NCBI GenBank assembly: GCA_965240325.2
Contig: OZ251228.1
Span: 2,976,001 to 3,040,000, forward strand
DNA: 64,000 nt
Direction: 5' to 3'
Source: Rebecca billardiae RCC1528
Taxonomy: Eukaryota; Protista; Haptophyta
In this document: positions 44,678 to 54,668 of the stretch, in pieces
Position numbering within the stretch: the first letter of the stretch is position 1
How the letters are laid out: each line of letters starts with the position of its first letter
Program-made: the position numbers and the translations under genes
The notes under the pieces: model-generated
Seen by the model: the letters and a program-made list of their open reading frames with translations, nothing else
What the model was told of the DNA's origin: nothing
The model's database searches: none

Positions 44678-46000
44678 ATGGAGATCAGCACGCGCGAGAA
44701 GGCGCCGATCGTCGGCGGGCGGTACAAGATCGCCAACCGCGAGCTCGGCTCGGGCGCGCAGGGCACCGTGTGCGCCGCGTCCGACATGCAGACCAACGAG
44801 CAGCTCGCGGCCAAGCTCTTCCGCGGCGCCGACGCGGGCAAGCAGGAGGCGGCGCTGATGCGCCGGTGCAGCGGGCACAAGCACGTCGCCGCGTTCGTCG
44901 ACTACGTCGGCGGCGTCGAGATCGGCGGCAGCCCCAGCTCCGTGCTCCTCATGGAGCTCGTCGCTGGCGGCGACCTGTTTGACCGGCTGATCTCGGGCGG
45001 CGCGATGCCCGAGCAGGCGGCGCGGCACTTCTTCCACCAGCTGGTGCACGCGGTGGCGCACTGCCACGCGCGCGGCGTGGCGCACCGCGACATCAAGCTC
45101 GAGAACGTGCTCATCGACCTCGAGGGCCACATCAAGCTCACCGACTTTGGGCTCGCGGGCGTGTTCCGCATCCAGGAGGGCGGCGCCGAGCGGCTGCTGA
45201 GCGACCGCTGCGGCTCCAAGGCGTACGTCGCGCCGGAGCTGATCGCCGACCGCAGCTCGCCGTATGTGGGCCCGCCGGTGGACGTGTGGGCGTGCGGCGT
45301 CTGCCTCTTCGCCATGCTCGCCAACTTCTTCCCCTTCGACGTCGCGTGCGCGCGGCGCGACTGGCGCGTGCCGCACGTGCAGCTCGCGCAGGCGGCGGGC
45401 GGCTCGACGGTGCGCACGCTGTACGAGCTGGCGTCGCGCCCGTGCGACTTCTCCGCGGAGGTGACGGCGCTGCTGGACAGCATGCTCGCCCTCGACCCCG
45501 CGCGCCGCGCCACCCTCGCCGACGTGCTCGCCTCGCCGTGGCTCGCCGCCTCGCCCGCGGGCACGCCGTACGCGACGCCGCAGCCCTCGGACGGCGCCGC
45601 ACCCGCCGACGGCGCCGCCGCCGACGCGTCCGTCCTGAGCGTGCTCTCGGTGGACCAGATCCCGGCGCAGGGCGAGAACGTGGAGACCGCCGCCGACGAG
45701 CCCAACGCGCCGCTCGTCGACGAGCACGACCCCGCCGAGGTCTACCGAGACGTCTCCGCGATGGTCAACTCGGGCAGCCACTCGTTGCTCGCGCCAACCG
45801 CCGAGGCGTCGCTCGAGGTGGGCGAGGAGGGCGTGTACCGCTCCGCGCTACCCCAGCCGACGCCCGGCGTGCCGGCCGCGGCGCACGTGCCCGCGCTCCG
45901 GCGCGAGCGCGCGTTCGAGCGCTGGTCCAACTTCGAGCAGGCGTACGACGCGGACATGGTCGTCGCGCCGCGCGAGCTGCTCGACATCGACCTCGTCTGA
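44678..46000 (+). CDS. Ser/Thr protein kinase, CAMK group (SnRK/CIPK-like)
   Basis: LGSGAQG, AAK, HRDIKLEN, DFG, CGSKAYVAPE, DVWACGV. Confidence 0.92.
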   Translation: MEISTREKAPIVGGRYKIANRELGSGAQGTVCAASDMQTNEQLAAKLFRGADAGKQEAALMRRCSGHKHVAAFVDYVGGVEIGGSPSSVLLMELVAGGDLFDRLISGGAMPEQAARHFFHQLVHAVAHCHARGVAHRDIKLENVLIDLEGHIKLTDFGLAGVFRIQEGGAERLLSDRCGSKAYVAPELIADRSSPYVGPPVDVWACGVCLFAMLANFFPFDVACARRDWRVPHVQLAQAAGGSTVRTLYELASRPCDFSAEVTALLDSMLALDPARRATLADVLASPWLAASPAGTPYATPQPSDGAAPADGAAADASVLSVLSVDQIPAQGENVETAADEPNAPLVDEHDPAEVYRDVSAMVNSGSHSLLAPTAEASLEVGEEGVYRSALPQPTPGVPAAAHVPALRRERAFERWSNFEQAYDADMVVAPRELLDIDLV

Positions 46001-46036
46001 CGCCTCCTGACGCCTCCTGACGCCTCCTGACGCCTC
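45998..46036 (+). repeat. 10-bp tandem repeat (tgacgcctcc) x~4 beginning at the kinase stop codon
   Basis: tga cgcctcc tga cgcctcc tga cgcctcc tga cgcctc. Confidence 0.9.
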
Positions 46037-46672
46037 GCCGCACGCGCGCACGCGCGCAGCGCGCACGCGCGCAGCGCGCGCGGCGCCGCGCCGCGCCGCC
46101 GTCGGCGCACGCCGCCGCCGTGCACGCCGCGTGGCGCGCGGCCCGTATCAGCAATGCCCGCCGCATGCCTCGGGCATCGTCGCCGCCGCACCACTGCCGC
46201 CACAACGACGTGCGGCAGCCCGGCCCCCTCTCTACAGCATCTGCGTGCTGGCGGGCGCGGGCTCCCACGCGCCGCCGCACCGCGCGAGGTGACCTGCGCG
46301 GCGCGGGCTGCCGCCGGGCCTCGAGCCTCGAGCGCGGCTCAGCCCTCGGACGCTCCGGGCGCCACCCACACCTCTTCTCCCCGGTCTTGCACTCGTCCGG
46401 GCTTCACCGCTGGTTGCAGGCCAGGCCGCGGCCTCCGGAGTCGGCGTCAGTTCTGACGCCACAGCCGCGATGCCGCCCACGGGCCCAGCGGCAGCGGGCG
46501 CGGCACGCCGGCACTGCGCGTGCTGCGCACCGCCACCCGAGTTTTGGCAGCACACTTCGCCACGCGCGACGCGACTGTATGTCTATTGTGCACTGTACGC
46601 TCCGACATGTCCGGACTCGCGTGTGAGTTTATTATTATTAATTATTTGAAATTATTTTTGGCTATATATATA

Positions 46673-49600
46673 TTAACGACGTGGTATGCAACGGGCAGGC
46701 GTCAGAGTCAGCAAGCTGTAGCAGCAGATCGAGCAGCAGAGACAAACACCAGGATCAGCGCTCCTCGCCGTCGTCCCCCCCCTCATAGTCGCCCATCACT
46801 CCATCGCCGAGCGGAAGCTCGACGCACCGTCTGGCGTCGACGCGCACGCGCCACCGCGGTGGTCGCGGTGCCACGCGTCGTCAGCCGTCGTCTCGAAGTA
46901 GTCGTCGTATGCAGCGCCCCCGCGGGCGCGTGCCCCCGGGCGCACGTGCGCCATGCGCGCGCGGGCGATGAGCATCTTGGCCTGGCCACGCAGGCAGCGC
47001 ATGCCCAGCTCGCGCCGCATGGTGCCGAGCAGCGCGCGCTCGGCGGCGGGGCGCGAGGGCGCGCTGAGGCGCGCGCGCCACGTGTCCCGCCCCATCTTGG
47101 CGATCTTCTTGAGGGTGAGGTCCACCTCCGCGCTCCACTCGCCGAACGCCCCCACGACAATCGGGACGATCGCGGGGAAGGTGTCGAGCCGCGCCTCGTA
47201 TGGGCCCACCTGGCCCTCAAGCGTGCCGTAGACCTCGCGGTCGAGGAGCTGCAGCTGCTTGCGCCGCTCGCGCGGGACGAGTTCCGCGCGGTGGCGCACC
47301 GCACCGTTGCGGCCGTCGCTCACCCTGTAGCGCGACTGGCTCAGCGAGATGGTCTTGACCTCGAACAGGGTACAGTTGCCGTGCACCTCGGCACTCAGGT
47401 CCACCACCGGCACGCGCTTGCGGTCCGTGCCGAGCACCGCCTGCGCCTGGGCGGTGGACTGGGCGTGCACCGAGCCGAAGATCCAGGTGTCCTCCGGCAC
47501 GGCGTACACACCGGCGTACGTGCGGAAGAACCCCGCCAGCACGCGGATCACCGGGTCGTGCCGGTAGCGTGCGACGTGGTCGCCGGGGAGCGCGTTGCGG
47601 CCGGACGCGCTGAGGAGCGCGTCGCCGTACGCGTCCACCCGGATGCCAGGACCCGAGCGCGTGGGCACGTACGCCCCGGCCTGGGCCAGCGGCGCGCAGA
47701 CCGGGCTGGGGATCCCGAGCGCGCGCGCCGCGATCTCGAGCCACTCACCCTGGTGGTGGACCGCCGCGCTGCCGATCGGGAGCGCGCCCACGAACGCGAG
47801 TGAGGCACGGTCCACGTTCTGGATGAGGTGCACACGGCGGTCGTCCCGCGAGAGAGAGCTGAGCTGCCGCCGCAGGAGCCAGCCGTGGGTGTTCTCGACG
47901 TCCTCCGTGATGTCCTTGGCGAGGCTGTAGTAGATGGTGCCGTCCACAGCCCGGCGTGCAGTGGGTGCCACCTGACCCGCCGGGAGGTGGAGCACGCAGT
48001 AAGGCTGCCGGTTGGGCACAGCTGGCGCCTCCTGCTCGGCGAGCTGGAGGCGCTCCCAGATGGTCGCGAGCGTCCGCCCGAGCGCCGAGCCCGACTGCAG
48101 AAACTGGCGCCATCCGGCGGCGCGCATGTCCACGAACGCGTCGCGGCCCACGCGCGCGACGATGGAGTCGCGCTCGAGGACGCCGTGCACGGCGACGCCG
48201 CCCTGCATGGGGGCGTGGCGGTCGAGGAACGCGGGAACAGCGGCGTGGGCCCCCGCCCAGAAGGCGGCGGGTGCCCGCTGCGCCGCCGAGCGCAGGGCGA
48301 GCCCCCCGAGGCGGACGGGCAGGCGGAGCCGCTGCAGCATGATGTCGTCGAGCTGGTCGTCGGTGGGGAAGCCTAGCGCGACGCCGGCCTGCCGGAGGAT
48401 GATAGCGTCAAACCGCTCACACGCCTCGGCGGTGGCGTCGGGCTCGATGTGGCGGAGGAAGTAGTCGAGCTTCGTCGAGGTCGAGTAGTGCGTGAGCACC
48501 CACAGCCCCTGCTTGTGCGCCGAGCCGAGCCTGTTGATCAGCTTGTTCGAGATGCCAGCGATCTCGGCACACTTGTCAGAGAGGTGGGTGGCCACGTAGC
48601 CCTCGGTCCCGACGGGCACGCCATACACCGTGACGCCGTGGTGAGCGACGCCGTCTGCGTCCGTCAGCGTGCCGCGCGGCACGTCGCCCCGGTGCTCGTC
48701 CAGCAGGTGGTCGTACTCCGGGTTGATGTAGCACTTGGTCTTGGCGACCTGCAGCTCCAGGCCGAGCGAGTCCTTCACGGCGGCGGCGAACTCGTGGAGG
48801 GCGCGGAAGGCCTCGGACGGCGGGCCGATGATGCTCACATCGTCGTGGCCCGCGCGTGCGGCGCCCCCGCACGGCTGCAGCCGCTCGTCCAGCGCGCGCA
48901 GGTGCGGCTGGAGCGCGATCGCAAAGAAGGCCGCTGCCTCGACCGAGCCCTGCTGCACGCCCTCCTCGCTGAGGAAGTCGAGCTGCCGAATGGGCTGGCC
49001 AGTGCCGCCACCGCCATCGAAGACGCGCGCCTTGGGAGCGAGCATCGCGAGCGCGAGCGGCGTCAGCGACGACAGCTCGCCGGCCGTCGACACCGCGCGG
49101 ATGATCGACCGGCGGAGCGTCGCGTTGAAGGCGTTCCGGATGTCGCACGAGATCAGAACCCAGTCCGGGTGCGCGTCCAGCAGCTCGCGAATCGCAAAGA
49201 CGAGCTTCGTGCCGCCCGACGGGACGGCGACGCCGAGCTGCAGCGGGGCGAGGTACGACTCCAGCATCTCCTTGACGTCCGCGCGACGGAGCAGGCAGCG
49301 CGTGAGCGCGCGGCGGAGGCCGCACGAGATACCCACCGGACGCGCGTCCTCCGCGCCGGCCGCGCTCGCGGCGCGCTTGCGCACGGGGATGAGCCGCACG
49401 GACGCAAAGGTGAGGTTGAACCAGCCCGGGAGCTGGTTGTTGAGGAAGAGCGTCGCGAACGCGGCGTGCGCCTCGGGGGCGCTGGCGGCCTTGTCGTCGG
49501 GGAAGTCCACGGTCGGCGCGACGGCCGTGAGGTACTCAAACCGCCACGCCGACGCCCCAGCCGCCTTCTCGCGCGGCAGGCCGCGGTACACCTCCTTAAT

Positions 49601-51370
49601 GTCGTCAGCCGTGATGATGAACTCGGCGGCGTCGTCGAGGGCGTCGTCGTCGAGGACGCCGTCGAGCGAGTACGTGCGCTGCGGGTGCTTCGCGCGCATC
49701 TGCGCCTGTACGGCCTGGTCCTGCATGCTAGCCAGGCCGTGGCTCTCGAGCAGCCGCGCCGCCGCCGAGACCTCGCCCTTCGCCAGCAGCTCGGTGGCGC
49801 GCTTGACCTCGCGCTGCGCGTCTCCCAGCCCCTCGCCGCCCCCCGCGGCGGCCTGGTCAGCGGAGCGGCGGCACTCCTGCGCCCACTCGTCGACGAGCGT
49901 GTCGAGCTCCCCGCGGTCCCACAAGCCGAAGCGGCGCTCGATGGTCCGCGTCGCGCGGCCGCGGCCCCCGCGCAGAGGCTGCCACAGCAGGAGCCCCGGC
50001 AGGAGCGTCAGCACCTTGAGCGCGCGCGTCTGCTCGAGGCTGTCCGGCTCGGCCTCGGTCACCGCCGACATGGTGTCCGCGGTGATGCGTGCCCAGCGCT
50101 CGCGCAGCATGAAGGGCACAGACTTGATCGTCTTGACTGTCGATCCCTGCTCGAGCCCGGCCGCCTGCCAGGTCGAGAGGTGGTCGACCGCCGCGAACTT
50201 GGAGACGGTGGGCTGGCCAGCCGCGCGCGGCAGCGGCGGCGGCATGGTCGGCTCCTCCGATGTCTCCGTGCGGCGTCGCTTCCGGTGGCCGTGCGCGTCG
50301 GTGCCGTCCTCCGGTGGTGGGCGCTCGTGCGGTGCAGCGCCTCCGCGTGCGCCGCCGCGCCCGCCGCTGCCGCGCGCAGCGCCGCGGCCGCCGTCTCGCG
50401 CCGCACCGCGGCCGCCGCGGCCGCGCGCGCCGCCGCGACCGCCGCGACCGCCGTCGCGCGCGCCGCCGCGACCGCCACCGTGACCGCCGCCCCGGCCGGC
50501 GTCACCCGCACCGGCACCACCGTTGAACGGAGGTGTCGTGCCGGGGGCACCGGCCAGGTCGTAGTCACCGAGCCGCTGCGCCTCGAAGGGGCGATGTGCG
50601 CGCTCGGCGCCTGGGAGGTCCCGAGCGGCCCCCTCCCAGAGCGAGTGCCAGCGGCGCTGGTAGGACGTACCAGCCGCGGGCGACTGCGAGCGCTGCGCGG
50701 CGGCGCGCAGCACGTGCAGCTCGAAGAGGGACGGCCCGCCATCGGGGCCCGCTGACCGAGTGTAGCGCTGTTGTGGGAACGGAGGGGGAAAGGGCGTGTT
50801 GTTGTGATGCCCGTCCCTGAGGGTTCCCTTGGCGCACTCGGCCAGCTGGCGTACGACGTCGAGCATGTACTCGTGCTCGATGCCGAGGTATGGGGGCTGG
50901 ACGCCCCCAGTCGTAGTACTTGTCAGGCTGTAGAACTTGTCAGGGTGTAGGCCGTGCACGTTTGATGTGCGGTAGCGCCGGAGAGCGTCGCGCACGCGTG
51001 CATCATCGTCATCAGGGTCTTCAGTGGTTGGAGATGGCGTCGAGCCAGGTAAGTGCTCCATCACAAAGAGCGACGCCTCTTTGGACATGGAGTACTTGTT
51101 GGACCGCATCGTGTTGAAGTTGAACATGTCGAAGTACCGGAAGTAGTTGTCATACGAGACCTCGAGTTGTTTGCCAAACTGTTCGTCCTGAGCAGGAAGC
51201 GAGTCCTCGCCCTGGACGAAGGCGAGCAAGTTGGACTGGGACATGCCGGTCTCAGCGGTGAGGCCGAGAGCGGCCGTGGTCGAAGACAGCGCAAGGCTGA
51301 TCAGGATGGGCTGCCACGAGGGGCGGGGGAACGCGGTGCGGGCGTGCGCCATCCTAGTCGGCCATTACGC
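46673..51370 (-). mobile_element. Non-LTR retrotransposon, RLE-type (CRE-like), inserted in a (TA)n tract
   Basis: Single ORF with RT and restriction-like endonuclease; lower GC than host genes. tatatatata flanks both sides (46663-46672, 51377-51386). Confidence 0.9.
46796..51352 (-). CDS. Retrotransposon polyprotein (RGG-rich N-terminus, reverse transcriptase, RLE)
   Basis: RT motifs RPVGI, QLGVAVPSG, DIRNAFN, GVQQG, GHDD, LQVAKTK, YGVPVG, LPVRLGGL. RLE motifs RHD, VD...FEVK, PIVVGAFG. Confidence 0.92.
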   Translation of the reverse strand: MAHARTAFPRPSWQPILISLALSSTTAALGLTAETGMSQSNLLAFVQGEDSLPAQDEQFGKQLEVSYDNYFRYFDMFNFNTMRSNKYSMSKEASLFVMEHLPGSTPSPTTEDPDDDDARVRDALRRYRTSNVHGLHPDKFYSLTSTTTGGVQPPYLGIEHEYMLDVVRQLAECAKGTLRDGHHNNTPFPPPFPQQRYTRSAGPDGGPSLFELHVLRAAAQRSQSPAAGTSYQRRWHSLWEGAARDLPGAERAHRPFEAQRLGDYDLAGAPGTTPPFNGGAGAGDAGRGGGHGGGRGGARDGGRGGRGGARGRGGRGAARDGGRGAARGSGGRGGARGGAAPHERPPPEDGTDAHGHRKRRRTETSEEPTMPPPLPRAAGQPTVSKFAAVDHLSTWQAAGLEQGSTVKTIKSVPFMLRERWARITADTMSAVTEAEPDSLEQTRALKVLTLLPGLLLWQPLRGGRGRATRTIERRFGLWDRGELDTLVDEWAQECRRSADQAAAGGGEGLGDAQREVKRATELLAKGEVSAAARLLESHGLASMQDQAVQAQMRAKHPQRTYSLDGVLDDDALDDAAEFIITADDIKEVYRGLPREKAAGASAWRFEYLTAVAPTVDFPDDKAASAPEAHAAFATLFLNNQLPGWFNLTFASVRLIPVRKRAASAAGAEDARPVGISCGLRRALTRCLLRRADVKEMLESYLAPLQLGVAVPSGGTKLVFAIRELLDAHPDWVLISCDIRNAFNATLRRSIIRAVSTAGELSSLTPLALAMLAPKARVFDGGGGTGQPIRQLDFLSEEGVQQGSVEAAAFFAIALQPHLRALDERLQPCGGAARAGHDDVSIIGPPSEAFRALHEFAAAVKDSLGLELQVAKTKCYINPEYDHLLDEHRGDVPRGTLTDADGVAHHGVTVYGVPVGTEGYVATHLSDKCAEIAGISNKLINRLGSAHKQGLWVLTHYSTSTKLDYFLRHIEPDATAEACERFDAIILRQAGVALGFPTDDQLDDIMLQRLRLPVRLGGLALRSAAQRAPAAFWAGAHAAVPAFLDRHAPMQGGVAVHGVLERDSIVARVGRDAFVDMRAAGWRQFLQSGSALGRTLATIWERLQLAEQEAPAVPNRQPYCVLHLPAGQVAPTARRAVDGTIYYSLAKDITEDVENTHGWLLRRQLSSLSRDDRRVHLIQNVDRASLAFVGALPIGSAAVHHQGEWLEIAARALGIPSPVCAPLAQAGAYVPTRSGPGIRVDAYGDALLSASGRNALPGDHVARYRHDPVIRVLAGFFRTYAGVYAVPEDTWIFGSVHAQSTAQAQAVLGTDRKRVPVVDLSAEVHGNCTLFEVKTISLSQSRYRVSDGRNGAVRHRAELVPRERRKQLQLLDREVYGTLEGQVGPYEARLDTFPAIVPIVVGAFGEWSAEVDLTLKKIAKMGRDTWRARLSAPSRPAAERALLGTMRRELGMRCLRGQAKMLIARARMAHVRPGARARGGAAYDDYFETTADDAWHRDHRGGACASTPDGASSFRSAME

Positions 51371-51589
51371 ATATATTATATATATAATTAAAAAGTCGAA
51401 TATCTGTCTATATTTACTATAATATATATATAATGATGACCGCGGGGCGTGAGTCCGTGCCGGGAGCGTCAGCGGTGGGCCGGTGGCGGGCCGCCTGGGA
51501 ATCGGCCCCGGGGCGCCGCGAAACAGGCCCGAGCTCGATGCTCCATCGGCCTCGCGACGCGCGCGGCGCGCGTGCGGCTGTGCGCCGCG

Positions 51590-53266
51590 CTAGCACAGCA
51601 GCGGGCTGCTGAGCACCGCAAAGCCGGCGGCGACGCCGCCCTCGTCCGTGCCGACGAGCTTGGTGCGCAGCAGGTGCCCCGCCGCGCTGTTCAGCAGCGG
51701 GGGCGCGCCGCCGCCGCCGAGGTACACGCCGAAGACGCCGAGCTCGCACGTGGCCTCGCCGTACGCCACCTGGTTGTCGCGGCAGAGCGCCGCGCGCCTG
51801 GGCGTGGGCTGGATGCGCTCCATCAGGATGAAGCCCTCGCGCTGCCCCGCGGGGAGCGCGCGCAGCGCGGGCAGCACCGCGCGGCCGTACGTGTTGTGCC
51901 CGCCGCCCTCGCGCTGCGGCTTGAGCACGTACCCCTCGGGCCGCTCCTCCAGCAGCCGCAGCGCGTGCGCGTACTCGCCCTCCGTCTGCAGCGAGTAGAG
52001 CCCGGCAAACGTGCGGGCCATCGCCGCGCACGCCGCGGGCGGCAGGCCGAGCCGCTGCAGCGCGCCCGGCTGTGCGAGCAGCTGCTGCACCTTCTTGGTG
52101 CCCGCGAGCTGGTAGCCGAGGCACGGGCACTTGATCGCGGCGGAGCGCTCGAGCAGCAGCCGCGCGTCCCACGCGCTCTGCGCCGGGTAGTCCGCGGGGC
52201 CGTACCCCGCGCGGAAGTAGACGACGCCCACCTCGACGGCGCGGCCGCCCTCCTGCACAAGCAGCGCGCCAACACGGCACGCGCCGCCGGCACGCGCGAG
52301 CGCGGCGCCCTCGGCGAGCTCGGCGAGCGTGCGCCGGAGCACCGGCACGCCGTGCCGCTCCCACAGCGCGAGCTCGAGCAGCAGCTGGTCGCCCACGTTG
52401 CTCTCGCCCGGCTGCACCACGAAGAGCACCGCGGGGCCCGAGGGCGTCAGCGCGGGGCGCGAGGACGTCAGCGCGGGGCCCGAGGGCGTCAGCGCGGGGC
52501 CTGCGGGGCCCGAGGCGCGCACGGGCGACGCGCCGCCCTGTGCGCGCGCGGGCTGCTGCGCGCCGTACGCGGCCACGGCGGCGGCGAGCGCGTCGGGCAG
52601 CGCGCGCAGCGCCTCGTTCTCGGGCAGCGCGCCCTCGCGCGCGTACGCCCGCGCCGCCTCCGCCCCGAGCACCTCGGCGCACGCGCCGTGCTCGCGCGCG
52701 CGCAGGAAGGCGTGCAGCTCCGACAGCCGGCCGCTCAGGCAGCCAAACGAGGAGGCGATCGTGTTGAGCTCGACCTGCAGCGGGCGCGCGCCGTCGGCGG
52801 CGGAGGATTCGTCCACCATGTAGTCGGAGCGGTGGATGCCCAGCCGCAGCGGCTGCCGCTCCTCCGCGCCGTCCGCCAGCGCCGCGCGCCACAGGGCCGC
52901 GAGCTGGCCGGTGAACTCGTCCGACGCGGACGTGGCGGCGAGCGCGGTGCCCAGCCACTCGTGGTCGCGCGAGACGGCCTCGACGAGCTCGTTGAAGAGC
53001 GGCGCGAGCGCGCGCGCCGTCTCGAACGCCTCGCGGTCGAGCGGGAAGGGCACGAGCGCGAGCGGCGCGTGCACGTACCGGCCGGGCTCGGGCGACATCT
53101 GCAGCCCGCGCGCGCTCGCCCAGCCGAGCGCGCGCGCCACGAGCGCGGGCGAGGCGGGCGCGCCGGTGGCGCGGGCGCACGGTGCGTGGCCCGCGAGGGC
53201 GAGCGCGAGCACCGCGCCCGCCGCCGCGCGCGCGCGCGCGCGGCGTCCGCTCGGCGTGCGCTGCAT
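51590..53266 (-). CDS. GSS: Eukaryotic glutathione synthetase
   Basis: HAP..L.P, LGIHRSDYM, QVELNTIASSF, YFRAGY.P.DY, LAGTKKVQQ, KPQREGGG.N, GHLLRTK...EGGVAAGFAVL. Start codon uncertain. Confidence 0.95.
   Translation of the reverse strand: MQRTPSGRRARARAAAGAVLALALAGHAPCARATGAPASPALVARALGWASARGLQMSPEPGRYVHAPLALVPFPLDREAFETARALAPLFNELVEAVSRDHEWLGTALAATSASDEFTGQLAALWRAALADGAEERQPLRLGIHRSDYMVDESSAADGARPLQVELNTIASSFGCLSGRLSELHAFLRAREHGACAEVLGAEAARAYAREGALPENEALRALPDALAAAVAAYGAQQPARAQGGASPVRASGPAGPALTPSGPALTSSRPALTPSGPAVLFVVQPGESNVGDQLLLELALWERHGVPVLRRTLAELAEGAALARAGGACRVGALLVQEGGRAVEVGVVYFRAGYGPADYPAQSAWDARLLLERSAAIKCPCLGYQLAGTKKVQQLLAQPGALQRLGLPPAACAAMARTFAGLYSLQTEGEYAHALRLLEERPEGYVLKPQREGGGHNTYGRAVLPALRALPAGQREGFILMERIQPTPRRAALCRDNQVAYGEATCELGVFGVYLGGGGAPPLLNSAAGHLLRTKLVGTDEGGVAAGFAVLSSPLLC
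52431..52510. repeat. 21-bp tandem repeat x~3 inside GSS, encoding PALT(P/S)S(G/R)
   Basis: gcggggc(c/g)cgagg(g/a)cgtcagc units. Confidence 0.85.
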
Positions 53267-53515
53267 GCGCTGATTGCGTGCCGCCCTGCTGCTGCACTCG
53301 CAAGTCCGGTGCGCAGCGCCACGCGTGTGCGGTGCAAGTTTGGGCGGTGGAACTTCTCGACACGCGTCGAACGGCCCCGCCATCGTGATTCCGCTGCACA
53401 AGGCAGCTGCTCGCGCCGACGAGACCGGCTCAGAAGCGGCGGGAGCGCGACTCGCGCCAGCTCAGCGTCCTCCAGCCGCCGCTCCCGACGCGGCGAGCCG
53501 CGCACACCGGAAGCC
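53267..53515. promoter_or_regulatory. Probable bidirectional promoter between GSS and SAR1
   Basis: Head-to-head start codons about 250 bp apart. Confidence 0.45.
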
Positions 53516-54668
53516 ATGTTCATCGTCGACTGGTTCTGGGGCGTGCTCAACTTCCTGGGTGCGCACGCGCGCGGCGAGCTCGGCGTGTGGCTGGCACGCG
53601 GCGCGGCGCGCTGACCGCGCGCCTGCGGCGGCGGTTGGGTGCGCGCCCGGGCGGCGCGCGAGCAGGTCTGGCCCAGAAGAACGCAAAGATCCTGTTCCTC
53701 GGGTTGGACAATGCGGGCAAGACGACGCTCCTGCACGTGCTCAAAGACGAGCGCCTCTCGCAGCACCCGCCGACGCAGCACCCGAGTGCGCGCGCTGGAG
53801 GCGCGCCCGCGCGCGGCGCACCGAGGGCGCGAGCGCGCCGTGCTCACGCGCTCGCCTGGCGTGCGCGTGCGCGCGCCGCGCGTACGCAGCGTCGGAGGAG
53901 CTGAGTATCGGCAAGATCAAGTTCCGCACCTTCGATCTGGGCGGTCACGAGATTGGTGCGCGCGCGCGCGCGCTCGCTAATTGGCGCGGCGGTGCGGGCG
54001 GCTCACGCGCACGCGCGCGCGCGCCGCGCCGCGCTGCGGCGCGCACAGCCCGGCGCGTGTGGAAGGACTACTTCCCGCAGGTGGACGCGATCGTCTTCCT
54101 CGTCGACGCGATCGATCGCGAGCGCTTCCCGGAGGCCAAGAAGGAGCTCGACGTGCGCGCGGCGCGCGCGCGCTCTCCCTCTCGCGAGCGCGCGCTCGGC
54201 GGCGCGGGCGCGCAGCGCGCGGCTCGCGCGCCGCACGGCACTGCGCTGGCGTGCGCCGCAGGCCGGCCGTGCGGGCGGCGGCTGACCACCCTCGCGCCCC
54301 GCGGCCGCCGCGCGCGCGCAGTCGCTCCTCTCGGCCGACGACCTCGCGACGGTGCCCTTCCTGATCCTGGGCAACAAGATCGACATGGGGCGGGTGGCGT
54401 CTGAGGACGAGCTGCGCAGCGCGCTCGGGCTGCACCACCTCACGACCGGCAAGGGCAAGGTGGCGCTCAAGGACATCAGGCCGATCGAGCTCTTCATGTG
54501 CAGCGTCGTCAAGCGCTCCGGCTACGGCGAGGGTGCGCGCGCCGCGCGCGCGCGAGGGTGCGCGAATCGCGCGCCGCGCGCGCCGCGGCGTGCTCACGCG
54601 CGCCGCGCCCCTCGGCCGGCTTGGCGCGCCGCGCAGGCTTCCGCTGGCTCAGCCAATACATCAACTGA
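53516..54668 (+). CDS. SAR1: Small GTPase Sar1 (COPII); introns 53559-53665, 53786-53889, 53956-54048, 54153-54321, 54533-54636
   Basis: [80 protein letters not shown] after splicing. Confidence 0.97.

Noticed and set aside
45998-46036. Repeat placing TGA in all three frames after the kinase stop
   Set aside because: Automatic consequence of a 10-bp slippage repeat containing the stop; no evidence of function.
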